Below, one piece after another: positions 48,383 through 58,157 of a DNA stretch of 64,000 bases. The first letter of the stretch is position 1. Each line of letters opens with the position of its first letter. The position numbers and the translations under genes are program-made. Below the pieces are notes generated by a model. The model searched no databases. It saw only the letters and a list, made by a program, of their open reading frames with translations, and was not told the DNA's origin. Source of the stretch: Halorarum halobium (GTDB taxonomy: Archaea > Halobacteriota > Halobacteria > Halobacteriales > Haloferacaceae); NCBI RefSeq assembly GCF_032116555.1, contig NZ_CP134949.1:1860001-1924000 (forward strand), in the 5' to 3' direction.

Positions 48383-49366
48383 TCAGTGGTCGAGCGGGGC
48401 GGGCGAGTCGAACACGTCGTCCGGATCGACCCCGCCCGCGAGCGCGAGACGGAGCGCGACTCTGGCTTTCGAGACCGACAGGTCGCCCGCGAAGCGGACG
48501 CCTGCCTCGGCGAGCGTGACCGCGCCGCCGGCGGTCCCGTACACCGGTTCGGTCGGACCCGCGTGACAGCGCGTCCCGACCACCACCGGGACCCGGCTCG
48601 TTGCCTCGGCCAGCGCCCCACCGAGCGCCCCGGTGACGTTTCCGAGTCCGGTGCCCTCGACGACGATGCCGTCCGCGTCGGTCGCGAGGGCCCGTTCGAC
48701 CGGTTCCGAGCCCACGCCGGTCCCGGAGTGCACGACCGGCACGGAGACGTCGTCGGCAGCCGCGGACAGCGGCAGGGACACGGCGGACTCGCGCGGCTCG
48801 CGGTGGATGGCGATGCCGCCGCGGGTGACCGTCGCCGTCGGTCCCTTTCCGGGCGATCCGAACGTCGAGAGCGCGTTCGTGTGGCGCTTGACCGCGTCCC
48901 GTGCGGGGTGCAGTTCGTCGTCGAACGCGACGTGAACTCCCGGCTCGAACCGGTCGTCGGTGGCCGCCCTGACCGCTGTCAGGAGGTTGGCGGGCGCGTC
49001 GGTCCCGGGCTCGTCGAACCGCCGCTGGGAGCCGGTCACGACGAGCGGGACCTCGAGGTCACAGCCGAGCGAGAGCGCGAACGCCGTGTCCGCCAGCGTG
49101 TCCGTGCCGTGTGTCACGACGAGTCCGTCCGCGCCGTCCGCGACCGCTCGCTCGGCGGCCTCCGCCAGGTCGGTGACGCTGGCAAAGTCCATGTCGAACC
49201 CCGGCCGCGACGCGACGTTTTCGGCCGAGACGTCCGCGTAGGGGGCGAGTTCGGGGACGCGCTCGACCAGTTCGTCCCCCGCCTTGGCCGGTGTGGCCCC
49301 ACCCTCGCCCGGCTCGGACGCGATGGTTCCGCCGGCCGCGAGGACGCGAACTCGGAAGTCGGCCAC
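48383..49366 (-). CDS. L-asparaginase/glutaminase
   Basis: GGTIAS, HGTDT, TGSQR, GTGLGN. Confidence 0.92.
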   Translation of the reverse strand: MADFRVRVLAAGGTIASEPGEGGATPAKAGDELVERVPELAPYADVSAENVASRPGFDMDFASVTDLAEAAERAVADGADGLVVTHGTDTLADTAFALSLGCDLEVPLVVTGSQRRFDEPGTDAPANLLTAVRAATDDRFEPGVHVAFDDELHPARDAVKRHTNALSTFGSPGKGPTATVTRGGIAIHREPRESAVSLPLSAAADDVSVPVVHSGTGVGSEPVERALATDADGIVVEGTGLGNVTGALGGALAEATSRVPVVVGTRCHAGPTEPVYGTAGGAVTLAEAGVRFAGDLSVSKARVALRLALAGGVDPDDVFDSPAPLDH

Positions 49367-49744
49367 TACCGACCACGCTCCAGGCGGAGGTCCTCACACA
49401 TGTTCGCCGTTAGCTTCCGGTCGGATCCGTCGGGTCGCCCCCTAACTCGAGTCATGGATCCGATATCGAGACGGCGAACGAAAGCCCTTCGCTCGGCTGT
49501 GACCGCCATCCGAGTCGCGGGTCACTGCTGAACGGGACGAAATCGGCTAACTACCGGAGAATTATACCACGGATGGAATCGGGAGAAGAAGAGTTAACTC
49601 TCGGCATGAACGGTATCGGAGGCTCTCGTGCCGTCGTGAAACGAGATATGAACACGGTATCGACCGTGAAACGTCCGAAACGTGGCGAACGCTCAACCCC
49701 CTATATGCCCCCGGCAGCCCTTGGGGGGAACAGATACCCGGCCA

Positions 49745-49978
49745 ATGACGCCCTCCACTCCACTCCGCGAGTTCGTTCGGCTTACCAGAACCGTGCAGGA
49801 CCGGAACGCGGTCGCATCGATCCGTGCCGTCGCGTTCTACTCGGCCATCGCGCTCCCGCTGCTCTATCTCCCGTTGCTCGTCGACGGACTCAGCGTTCAG
49901 GAAGGCCCGCTGTTCGCGGCGCTGGTCTGTGCCAACTTCGGCGCGCTGCTTGCCGGCCACGGCTACCAGGAACGGTAG
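49745..49978 (+). CDS. Small two-helix membrane protein (haloarchaeal hypothetical)
   Basis: AFYSAIALPLLYLPLL...ALLAGHGY. Confidence 0.65.
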   Translation: MTPSTPLREFVRLTRTVQDRNAVASIRAVAFYSAIALPLLYLPLLVDGLSVQEGPLFAALVCANFGALLAGHGYQER

Positions 49979-50087
49979 GGCCGGCGTTCTCGGGACGAGA
50001 TCGGATCCGCCAGCGAGGGTTCTCGACGGTCACGGCCGTCGTCGGGTTTCGGTTCTGTCCCACCGGCCTCGCACCTGGCACCAGCAA

Positions 50088-50225
50088 CTAGTCGCTGAAC
50101 CGGTACACGTCGACCTGGATTCGACCGTGTTCGGAGCAGGTGACCCTCGTCCGGTACGGTTCCGCCTGCTCGTCCAGCTCGCTCCCACAGAGCGGACAGT
50201 GCGTCGCGTACGTTGTTTCGCCCAT
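50088..50225 (-). CDS. CPxCG-type zinc-finger microprotein (45 aa)
   Basis: ATG 50225: MGETTYATHCPLCGSELDEQAEPYRTRVTCSEHGRIQVDVYRFSD. Confidence 0.65.
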   Translation of the reverse strand: MGETTYATHCPLCGSELDEQAEPYRTRVTCSEHGRIQVDVYRFSD

Positions 50226-50464
50226 CCACGCGTCCCCTCGTGGTACTCGGTATTCATTTTTCCCCCGCGACCCCGATCGACCGCCATGGAAACCGACCGA
50301 CGACGAGACCCCCAACGCGGTCTTCGCCCCGGATGGGCCTGTTCGACGGGCGGTCCCGACCACGCGGAGTTGAGGCGCCCGAGCAGTCGGCTGATCGGGA
50401 TCGGTAGCACCGCTCCGCCGAGGCGGGGAACTGCGTCGGACGTCGATTTCGCCGAAAACGCGAG

Positions 50465-50539
50465 TGGGTTGGGGCAGATTTGAACTGCCGGCCTCCTCCA
50501 TGTCAAGGAGGTGTCATAACCAGACTAGACCACCAACCC
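50465..50539 (-). tRNA. tRNA-Val (GAC)
   Basis: Acceptor stem GGGTTGG/CCAACCC+A, anticodon arm CCTCC-TTGACAT-GGAGG, T arm GGCAG-TTCAAAT-CTGCC; no intron, CCA not encoded. Confidence 0.97.
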
Positions 50540-50624
50540 GTCCGGCTTTCCTTCGCGTCCCAACGTATCGCAGGTACGTAATTGAACCTTTCGACTCGGC
50601 ACTCGACCGCCACGCCGTCCCACA

Positions 50625-50897
50625 CTATCCGCCGCTGACGGGGGGAAACAGCGCGAGTTCGTCGCCGGAGGCCACGGGCGTCTCGAGGCCCGTCTCACGC
50701 ACCGGTTCGCCGTTCCGCAGGACGTTCACGTGGTCACGGAGTTCGCCCTCCTCGTCGAGCACTCTGTCGGCGAGCGCGGGATGGGTATCGAGCAGCACGT
50801 CGAGCGCCCCGGCGAGCGTCTCGGCGTCGCCGAGGTCGACGTCGGGTTCGCGCGTCCCGGCCGCCTCGGCGAGGTCGGCGAACAGCTTCCAGCCCAT
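50625..50897 (-). CDS. samp1: Ubiquitin-like small archaeal modifier protein SAMP1 (MoaD/ThiS fold)
   Basis: MGWKLFADLAE..., HVNVLRNG, GDELALFPPVSGG di-glycine terminus. Confidence 0.93.
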   Translation of the reverse strand: MGWKLFADLAEAAGTREPDVDLGDAETLAGALDVLLDTHPALADRVLDEEGELRDHVNVLRNGEPVRETGLETPVASGDELALFPPVSGG

Positions 50898-50920
50898 GCC
50901 GACTACTCCAGACCCGCCGG

Positions 50921-52117
50921 TCAAGAGCGTTCCGCCCCGACGGGGTCCGTCTCCGCCCCGGCCCGGTTCGCCCGCCGCTCTATCGCGCGGAGTTCCTCCG
51001 GTCGGGCGAGCACGTAGAGCGTCTCGCCGGCGGCGAGTCGACGCGAGTGCCCCGGAATCGTCTCAACTGGGCCTTCGACCGGCCGGACCGCGACGACGGT
51101 GCTCCCGACGGCTTCGATCGTGCCGCCGGCCAGTTCGCTCCCCTCGTCGAGGGCCACGACGTTCATCGTCTCGTCCGCGGCCCGCAGGAGGGACGCGAAC
51201 TCGCGGTCCGCCCGCGGGTCCGCCGGCAACGTGACGAGCCGGTAGGACCGGGCCGGGTCGAACGACCCCGCCTCCGACTCGTCGACGGCCAGCGTCACCA
51301 CGTCGCCGGCGGTCCCGCGGAGTTCGGCGCTGCCGACGCGTTCCGGCTCCGGGCCCTCCGTCCAGACCTGGACGCTCTCGCCGGGCGTCGCGCCGTTGGG
51401 CGGGTCGGCCCGCACGGCCACGGCGCACGTTCCGGGGCCCAGCGTCGGCCCGAGTCCCGCGACGCGTGCGCCGACGGCGAGCCTCGTGACGGTCTCGCCG
51501 TCCATCTCCACGTCGACGTGGCCGACGCCGTACTCCTCCTTGAGCCGATCGAGGAGGCGGTCACGGAGCGTCCCCGCTCCCCCGCGACGGGGGAACAGCA
51601 GCGTCGTCCCGGCGAAGCGGTCGACGGTCGCGGCCGGGACCGGGTCGTAGCCGTCGATGGTCCCGACGTCCTCGGGCAGTTCGACCGCCGTGACCCGGCC
51701 CAGGATCCGGACGACGCGGCCGACCTCGCCCTCGACCCGCTCTGCACCCGCGACCGCCACCGTGTCGGTGATCGCCCGGTCGGTGATCCGACGGCCGACG
51801 GGCGCGGCCAGCACCGCCGCGAAGAGGCTCACCACGTTCACGAGCACCGTCCGCGTGGCGAACGGGTCCGTCCCGCTCGTCCCGCCGATGACTTCGCCGA
51901 ACAGCCCGACCGTGTTGAGATAGAACGCGACGACGGCGACGCCGACCAGCGTCGCCAGCCCCCGCGGGATGGGCTCGCGGACGTACCACCGATAGACGAC
52001 CGAGACGACGGACGCGGCGAGCAACGAGACCGCCGCGAAGCCGACGATCCGGCCGAGTTCGACCGCTGTGAGTGCGGCCGGCGCGCCGGCAGCTTGCAGG
52101 GGAAGGAGGACGCTCAT
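50921..52117 (-). CDS. Membrane protein with C-terminal TrkA-C (RCK_C) domain
   Basis: ATG 52117 (ATGA overlap); three TM helices; ADREFASLLRAADE...EGSELAG...LAAGETLYVLA. Confidence 0.8.
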   Translation of the reverse strand: MSVLLPLQAAGAPAALTAVELGRIVGFAAVSLLAASVVSVVYRWYVREPIPRGLATLVGVAVVAFYLNTVGLFGEVIGGTSGTDPFATRTVLVNVVSLFAAVLAAPVGRRITDRAITDTVAVAGAERVEGEVGRVVRILGRVTAVELPEDVGTIDGYDPVPAATVDRFAGTTLLFPRRGGAGTLRDRLLDRLKEEYGVGHVDVEMDGETVTRLAVGARVAGLGPTLGPGTCAVAVRADPPNGATPGESVQVWTEGPEPERVGSAELRGTAGDVVTLAVDESEAGSFDPARSYRLVTLPADPRADREFASLLRAADETMNVVALDEGSELAGGTIEAVGSTVVAVRPVEGPVETIPGHSRRLAAGETLYVLARPEELRAIERRANRAGAETDPVGAERS

Positions 52118-53409
52118 CCCGCCACCTCCGTCGTGAACTCCGCGAGTCGGGCGGGCGGGCCGACGACGATGAGGTCGCTGCCCGCGTCGAGTCGGGCGTC
52201 GCCGTCGGGCGCGACGGTCCACCCCCCGTTCCGCCGGGTCGCAAGGACCGCGACGCCGTACGTGTCTCGCACCGAGGCCTCCCCGAGCGAGCTGCCGTCG
52301 AGCACGCTCCCCTCGCCGACGGTGAGGCGGCGGAACTGATCGCCGGCCCGCCGGAGCACCGAGACGAGTTCGAACTCCCGCCGCGTCCCCCGTGACCTGA
52401 CGATCAACCGTCTCGGCTCGGAACGGAGCACTGCGGTCGCGGACTGTCGGTCGAGCGCGACCGTCACCCGGCCGACCCCGCCGGTCGTCGTCGGCGATGC
52501 GGGAGGGGAACCCGACGGGGCCGTCCCGGTTTCTCCGTCGTCGGTGCCGCCGTCGGTCGCAGGAGTCCCGTCCCCGACCCCGTCGCTCCTGCTCCCGTTC
52601 ACCCGATGGCCGGCGGCGGCGCTCGTGTCGCCCTCGGGCGAGGAGCGGGCGGCGACGACGGAGCCCCGGTACTCGCCGCCGTCGGTCACGACCGTGACGG
52701 CCTCGCCCCGGGCCATCCCGGTCGGCACGAGTCCCGAGAACGACACGGCCCGTTTCCCCGGGGGGACGCGCTTCGAGACGCTCCCGACCGGCGGGGCGGC
52801 GGCGACGGTCGCGCGACCCCGCTCGTCGAGGCGAACGGTCGCGTCCGCGAGGTCGAACTCGGTGCGGAGTCGCGCGGTCACCCTCGATTCGAGTTCGACT
52901 ACCGGCAGTTCCGCCGGGAACGTGTCGGCGAACTCGCCGATCGACGCCCGGAGATCGGTCGGAAGCGAAGGGTAGCCCTCCATGTCGGCCACCTCGCCCG
53001 CGACGGTGACGCGAACCTGCCCGCGACCGCCGACCAGTTCGACGACGTCCGTGGAGATGGTCCGCTCGGTGAGCGCTCGCAAGGAGAGCCGCTTTGGCAC
53101 CGACGCGCCCATCGCGTCGCCCTTCGCGTGGGCGTACAGCGACAGCATCAGGATGACGACGATGCCGACCAGCAGCGCCGTCTCGTTCGCTGAACTGGCG
53201 ACGCTCTCGTCGGTGAGCGCGAGCAACCCGCCGTTGACCCCGGCGATGGCGAGCGCGAGGACCACCACGCCAAACCCCGGGATCGTCACCCCGGTGAAGT
53301 ACTTGAACGTGAACCCGAGCCCCCACGCGACGAGCGCCGGGATGATCCCCGTGAGCAGGCCGAGATAGACGCCCAGAAGGACCTGCACGGGGAACGATGG
53401 TGCCGGCAT
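52114..53409 (-). CDS. Membrane protein with C-terminal TrkA-C (RCK_C) domain
   Basis: Hydrophobic N-terminus; GSVLDGSSLGEASVRDTYGVAVLATRR...LDAGSDLIVVG. Confidence 0.85.
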   Translation of the reverse strand: MPAPSFPVQVLLGVYLGLLTGIIPALVAWGLGFTFKYFTGVTIPGFGVVVLALAIAGVNGGLLALTDESVASSANETALLVGIVVILMLSLYAHAKGDAMGASVPKRLSLRALTERTISTDVVELVGGRGQVRVTVAGEVADMEGYPSLPTDLRASIGEFADTFPAELPVVELESRVTARLRTEFDLADATVRLDERGRATVAAAPPVGSVSKRVPPGKRAVSFSGLVPTGMARGEAVTVVTDGGEYRGSVVAARSSPEGDTSAAAGHRVNGSRSDGVGDGTPATDGGTDDGETGTAPSGSPPASPTTTGGVGRVTVALDRQSATAVLRSEPRRLIVRSRGTRREFELVSVLRRAGDQFRRLTVGEGSVLDGSSLGEASVRDTYGVAVLATRRNGGWTVAPDGDARLDAGSDLIVVGPPARLAEFTTEVAG

Positions 53410-53543
53410 ACTCGGGGGTGTTCGCGGGGGACCAAATCCCTACCGACACTCCGATCGCCTCCCGACCGGGGAGGCGGTGTCGCCGCCGGCCCCGCCGTTC
53501 CGAAGGGGCGAGGTTTAAAGCGTCGGCACCGGTCCATCGGGAC

Positions 53544-54743
53544 ATGGCGGAGTGGCGGGACCGGCTCGGCGGGCACGTGACGGTGATGCTCACCGGCGTG
53601 ACGGCGCTGCTGTCGGTCGGCATCGGCATCCTGAACATCACGACCCAGCCGAGCGGACCGCTCGTGGACGTGCTCCCGCCGACGGTCGTCCAGACGGCCG
53701 GCTTCACCGGCGCGCTGACCGGCTTTCTCCTGCTCGGGTCGGCGTACGGACTCCGTCGGGGCTACCGCGGCGCGTGGTACTCGACGATCCTGCTGTTGCC
53801 GCTCTCGGCGGCCCAGGGACTCTTGCAGGCGAGCGCGTACTCGTACCCGCTCGTCGGCCTCTCGCTGCTTTCGCTTCCGATCGTCGGGCTCAACCGTCGA
53901 CTGTTCGAGCGGGACGTCGACCTGAGCCTCACCCAGTGGGCGTCGCTCTCGGCGCTCGTCGGCGCGCTGGGCTACAGCACCGCCGGGACGTTCGCGCTAC
54001 GCGAGCAGTTCAACGGCGTGGACACGCTCCTCGACGCGCTGTACTTCTCCATCGTGACGGCGACGACGGTCGGCTACGGCGACGTGACCCCGGCCTCGGG
54101 GGCGGAGGGGCAACTCGCGAAGTGGTTCGCGCTCTCGGCGCTCGTGCTCAACGTCGCCGCCTTCGCCGTCGCGCTGGGGGTCCTCATCACGCCGGCCATC
54201 GAGGCACGACTCGCGACCGCACTCGGACGCATGACAGAGACAGACATCGACATCCTCGAACGGCACGTCCTCGTGCTCGGCCACGGGGAACTGACGGAAC
54301 CGATCGTCGAAGAACTCACCGAGGCGAACGTCGACTTCCTCGTCATCACGCCCGACGAGGACGTCGCGCGCGGCCTCCGCGAGCGCGAGTTGAACGTGTT
54401 GACCGCCGACCCCTCAGACGAGGGGACGCTCGAACGCGCGAAGGTCGGGGAGGCCCGCGCCGTGGTGACCGCGACGAACAACGACGCCGAGGACGCGCTC
54501 TCGATCCTGACGGCTCGACAGCTCAACCCCGAAGTCGCCATCGTCGCCGCCGCGAGCGACCGGGAGAACGTCAACAAGCTGAAGCGGGCCGGCGCGAACA
54601 CGGTCATCTCGCCCGCGAGCATCGGGGGACACCTGCTCGTCGAGTCGGCGCTCCAGCGCGGCGACTCGGAGGCGCTGGCGCGTGAACTCCTGGACCAACC
54701 GGACGAAGCGACCGAGGGTCCGGGCGGCGACGACGGGGAGTAG
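53544..54743 (+). CDS. Potassium channel (Kch-like) with TrkA-N (RCK_N) domain
   Basis: Selectivity filter TTVGYGD; VLGHG, ADPSDEGTL, NNDAED, KLKRAGANTVISP. Confidence 0.92.
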   Translation: MAEWRDRLGGHVTVMLTGVTALLSVGIGILNITTQPSGPLVDVLPPTVVQTAGFTGALTGFLLLGSAYGLRRGYRGAWYSTILLLPLSAAQGLLQASAYSYPLVGLSLLSLPIVGLNRRLFERDVDLSLTQWASLSALVGALGYSTAGTFALREQFNGVDTLLDALYFSIVTATTVGYGDVTPASGAEGQLAKWFALSALVLNVAAFAVALGVLITPAIEARLATALGRMTETDIDILERHVLVLGHGELTEPIVEELTEANVDFLVITPDEDVARGLRERELNVLTADPSDEGTLERAKVGEARAVVTATNNDAEDALSILTARQLNPEVAIVAAASDRENVNKLKRAGANTVISPASIGGHLLVESALQRGDSEALARELLDQPDEATEGPGGDDGE

Positions 54744-54778
54744 GACGACCGCGGTGAGCGGGACGGCGGAACCGACTG

Positions 54779-55504
54779 CTACAGGCTAGCGACTGCCTCC
54801 AGCGTGAGCGCGATGGCGCGGCCCACGTTGTTCCTCGCCTTCTCCGGGAGTTCCTCGTCCGAGTCGGCCCCCTTCTGGGTGCCGGCGACGAGGTTGCCGT
54901 CCGCGGTACAGATCGCGCCGGCGTCCATCCCGCGGCGGCGTGCGAGCGAGAAGACCGCCGCCGCCTCCATCTCGATGGCGAGCAGGCCGGCCGCCTCCCA
55001 GTCCTCGACGTACTCGTCGGACTCGTTGTAGAACGCGTCGTCGGAGACGATCGGGCCGACGTGTACCTCCTCGCCGCTGGCCTCCGCGGCGTCGACGAGC
55101 GCGGTCAGCGTGTCGTAATCGGGGACGGCCGGGTAGGTCGCGGACTCGTAGCGCTTGCTCGTTCCCTCCTCCTTTGCCGCGCCGGTGGCGACGACCATGT
55201 CGCCGACCTCGACGTCCGTCTGGAGGCCGCCGCAGGTGCCGACGCGAATGACCGTCTCGACGCCGACGTTGGCGAGTTCCTCGATGGCGATCGCGGCGGA
55301 CGGACAGCCGATGCCGGTCGAGCAGATCGTGAGCGGCCGGCCGTCGTACTCGGCGTTGACGATGCGGTACTCGCGGTTCTCCGAGACGAGCTCCGCGTTC
55401 TCACACTGGTCCGCGATGCGGTCGACGCGGTCGGGGTTCCCCGGGATGAGCGCGACGTCGTGGACGTCGCCCTCCTCGACGAGGAGATGGGGCTGTTTTG
55501 CCAT
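54779..55504 (-). CDS. udp: Uridine phosphorylase-type nucleoside phosphorylase
   Basis: PGNPDRV, NREY, STGIGCPS, RVGTCG, SDDAFY, IEMEAA. Confidence 0.9.
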   Translation of the reverse strand: MAKQPHLLVEEGDVHDVALIPGNPDRVDRIADQCENAELVSENREYRIVNAEYDGRPLTICSTGIGCPSAAIAIEELANVGVETVIRVGTCGGLQTDVEVGDMVVATGAAKEEGTSKRYESATYPAVPDYDTLTALVDAAEASGEEVHVGPIVSDDAFYNESDEYVEDWEAAGLLAIEMEAAAVFSLARRRGMDAGAICTADGNLVAGTQKGADSDEELPEKARNNVGRAIALTLEAVASL

Positions 55505-55595
55505 ACCGACAGGTCCGGCGGTCGGGGCAAAAAGACCGCGGATGGCCGGCGAGTGACGCGAGCAAACTCGGAAATCGGCAGGAGGGAGCAGCTCG

Positions 55596-58157
55596 TTACA
55601 GGTCGCCCGGCTCGGTGAACACGTCGTCCAGGTCGACCTGCGGGTCGCGGCGTCCGTCGGCCTTCGCCGGCTGGGAGTCGGGCTCGGGGGCTGCCGCCCG
55701 TGCCCGTTCCTTCAGCCGCTCGTGGGTGTCGACCGTCGGAGCGTCCGCGCGCGGCTCGATCTGGACGTAGCTCCCGTCGGGACACATCGCCCAGCGCCGG
55801 CGGTTGTCGCCGAGCATCGTGCCGAGGACGGTCGCCAGTTCGGCCCGGACCTCGTGATCCTCGACGGGGACGACCGCCTCGACGCGCCGGTCGAGGTTCC
55901 GGGTCATCGCGTCGGCCGAGCCGAGGAAGTACGCCGGCTCGCCCTCCCCGTCGCCGTTGGCGAAGTAGAGGATCCGCGAGTGTTCGAGGAACCGGCCGAC
56001 GACGCTGTGGACGCGGACCGTCTCCGAGAGGCCCTCGACGCCCGGCCGGAGCCGACAGATGCCCCGGACGATCAGGTCGATTTCGACCCCGGCGCGCGAG
56101 GCCTCGTACAGTTCGCGGACGATTCCGGGGTCCTCGAGCGCGTTCATCTTCATGACGATCCGTGCGTCGCCGCCCTCGGCCGCGACGGCGGCTTCGGTCC
56201 TGATCAGGTCCGTCAGACCGTCACGGAGGTTCTCGGGCGCGACCAGCAGCCGGTCGTACTCGCGTTGCCGCGCGTGGCTGGTGAAGGAGTTGAACAGCTT
56301 GACGAGGTCGCCGCCGATCTGCTCGTCGGCGGTCAACAGCCCGAGATCGACGTACTCCTTGGCCGTCTCGGAGTGGTAGTTACCCGTGCCGACGTGCGAG
56401 TACGTCTCCACCTCGCCCGACTCCTCCCGCACGACGAGCGCGACCTTCGAGTGGGTCTTCAGTCCGATCGTGCCGTACGCGACGTGGATGCCCTCCTCCT
56501 CGAGGCGCTTGACCCAGCGGAGGTTGTTCTCCTCGTCGAAGCGCGCCTTCAGTTCGACCATCACCGCGACCTGCTTGCCGTTCTTGGCCGCGTCGATGAG
56601 GCTCGCCACGACCTTCGAGTCCGGCGCGGTGCGATAGATCGCGGCCTTGATCGCGAGCACGCTCGGGTCGTGGGCGGCGGCGTCGAGGAACGTCTGGACC
56701 GTGCCCGAGAACGAGTGGTACGGGTGGTGGACGAGGATGTCGTCGTCGGTCACGGTCCGGAACAGGTCCTCCGGGTGGTCGGCGTCGATGCCCTCGAACC
56801 GGGGATGTCGCTGGGGCGTCCAGGGGTCACGCTTCAGCGCCGACCGATCGAGGTCCTGGAGCGCGCCGAACCCGTCCAGCGCGAACGGTTCCGGGCGCTC
56901 GAACGTCTCCCGCTCGCCCACGTCGAGATGCTCCACCAGGAGCTCCCGGACCGTCTCGGGCGTGTCCGCCGCGACCTCGACCCTGACCACCGTCGCGAAC
57001 CGGCGCTGGCGGAGCACGTCCTCGATCATCTCGATGAGCCCCTCCGCGACCTCCTCGTTCCGGCGGACCTCGGCGTTTCGCGTGACGCGGAACGTGGAGC
57101 TGTGGAGGACTTCCACCTCGGGGAACAGCGTGTCGAGGTTCGCCTCGATCAGCCGCTCCAGCGGGAGGAACCGTGCCGTCCCGTCGTCGACGGCGGACTC
57201 GTCGCTGGTGGTCGAGGACCCGTCTGTGTCGCCCCCGTCGCTCGCGCCCACGGTGACCTGATCCACGCGGATCAGCCGCGGCCGGTTCTGGGGCACCTTG
57301 ATCCGTGAGAACCGCTCCTCGCCCTCCTCGTCCCTGGTTACCACGGCCACGGACAGCGAGAGGTTCGAGATGAACGGGAACGGGTGTGCCGGATCGAACG
57401 TCAGCGGCGTCAGCGTCGGCATCACCTGTCGCTCGAAGTGGTCCCGGAGTGCCCCGCGCTCGTCGTCGGTCAGGTCCGCCCAGGACTCGATCTCGATGCC
57501 CGCCTCGCGCAGCGCCGGCCCGACCTGGTTTTGGTAGCAGCGCGACTGCCGCTCGAAGATGTCGCGCGCGTGTTCGAGCACCGCCTCCCACTGCTCCCGG
57601 GGGGTCCGACCGTCGGGGGTCGACTCGGTGACGCCGGCGGCGAGTTGCTGTTTCAGCCCGCCGACCCGCTTCATGAAGAACTCGTCCAGGTTCCGGGTCG
57701 TGATCCCGAGAAAGCGCATCCGATCGAGCAGCGGGGTTCGCTCGTCCTCGGCCTCGTGGAGGACGCGCCGCTGGAAGGAGAGCTCGCTCAGTTCGCGGCT
57801 CAACTGGAACGCCGGATCGGTCGGGTCAGGCTCGGCCTCCCCAGCGCCGTCGACGATGATCGGCGGGGTCTCCGCGCCGAACCGCCCCCAGAGGACGGAT
57901 GGCTCCCCCGGCGACGACGGCGCCGGTACCCAGGGTCTCGGCGGGCCGTTTCCGTCGGGTTCCGGGTCGAACGACTCGACCGACTCCGACCGCCCGGCCG
58001 ACGAACGGTCCTCTCGGCCCTCGCCGTCGCCATCCCGATCGACGCCGTCGTCGCCATGCCCGGGCGGCGCATCGGCCGCCCCCGACGAACGATCGGCCGC
58101 CGCGGTGGACTCGTGGGGCGCCTCCTCGGCCACGACGGTCTCGTCACCGTCCGTCAT
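55596..58157 (-). CDS. ppk1: Polyphosphate kinase 1
   Basis: SRELSEL, NLDEFFMKRV, DPAHPFPFISN, VHHPYHSF, ELKARFDEENN, KTHSK, GRFLEHSR, RNLDRRVE. Confidence 0.96.
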   Translation of the reverse strand: MTDGDETVVAEEAPHESTAAADRSSGAADAPPGHGDDGVDRDGDGEGREDRSSAGRSESVESFDPEPDGNGPPRPWVPAPSSPGEPSVLWGRFGAETPPIIVDGAGEAEPDPTDPAFQLSRELSELSFQRRVLHEAEDERTPLLDRMRFLGITTRNLDEFFMKRVGGLKQQLAAGVTESTPDGRTPREQWEAVLEHARDIFERQSRCYQNQVGPALREAGIEIESWADLTDDERGALRDHFERQVMPTLTPLTFDPAHPFPFISNLSLSVAVVTRDEEGEERFSRIKVPQNRPRLIRVDQVTVGASDGGDTDGSSTTSDESAVDDGTARFLPLERLIEANLDTLFPEVEVLHSSTFRVTRNAEVRRNEEVAEGLIEMIEDVLRQRRFATVVRVEVAADTPETVRELLVEHLDVGERETFERPEPFALDGFGALQDLDRSALKRDPWTPQRHPRFEGIDADHPEDLFRTVTDDDILVHHPYHSFSGTVQTFLDAAAHDPSVLAIKAAIYRTAPDSKVVASLIDAAKNGKQVAVMVELKARFDEENNLRWVKRLEEEGIHVAYGTIGLKTHSKVALVVREESGEVETYSHVGTGNYHSETAKEYVDLGLLTADEQIGGDLVKLFNSFTSHARQREYDRLLVAPENLRDGLTDLIRTEAAVAAEGGDARIVMKMNALEDPGIVRELYEASRAGVEIDLIVRGICRLRPGVEGLSETVRVHSVVGRFLEHSRILYFANGDGEGEPAYFLGSADAMTRNLDRRVEAVVPVEDHEVRAELATVLGTMLGDNRRRWAMCPDGSYVQIEPRADAPTVDTHERLKERARAAAPEPDSQPAKADGRRDPQVDLDDVFTEPGDL

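Noticed and set aside
49980..50465. Possible integrated element at the tRNA-Val 3' end
   Set aside because: No integrase and no duplicated tRNA 3' end (att site) seen.
50477..50486. AGTTCAAAT matching the pilus promoter box
   Set aside because: It is the tRNA T-arm and loop; coincidental.
50921..53707. 928-aa ORF suggesting one fused TrkA-C protein
   Set aside because: The N-terminal 530 aa are an off-frame shadow of 52114-53409; the real start is ATG 52117.
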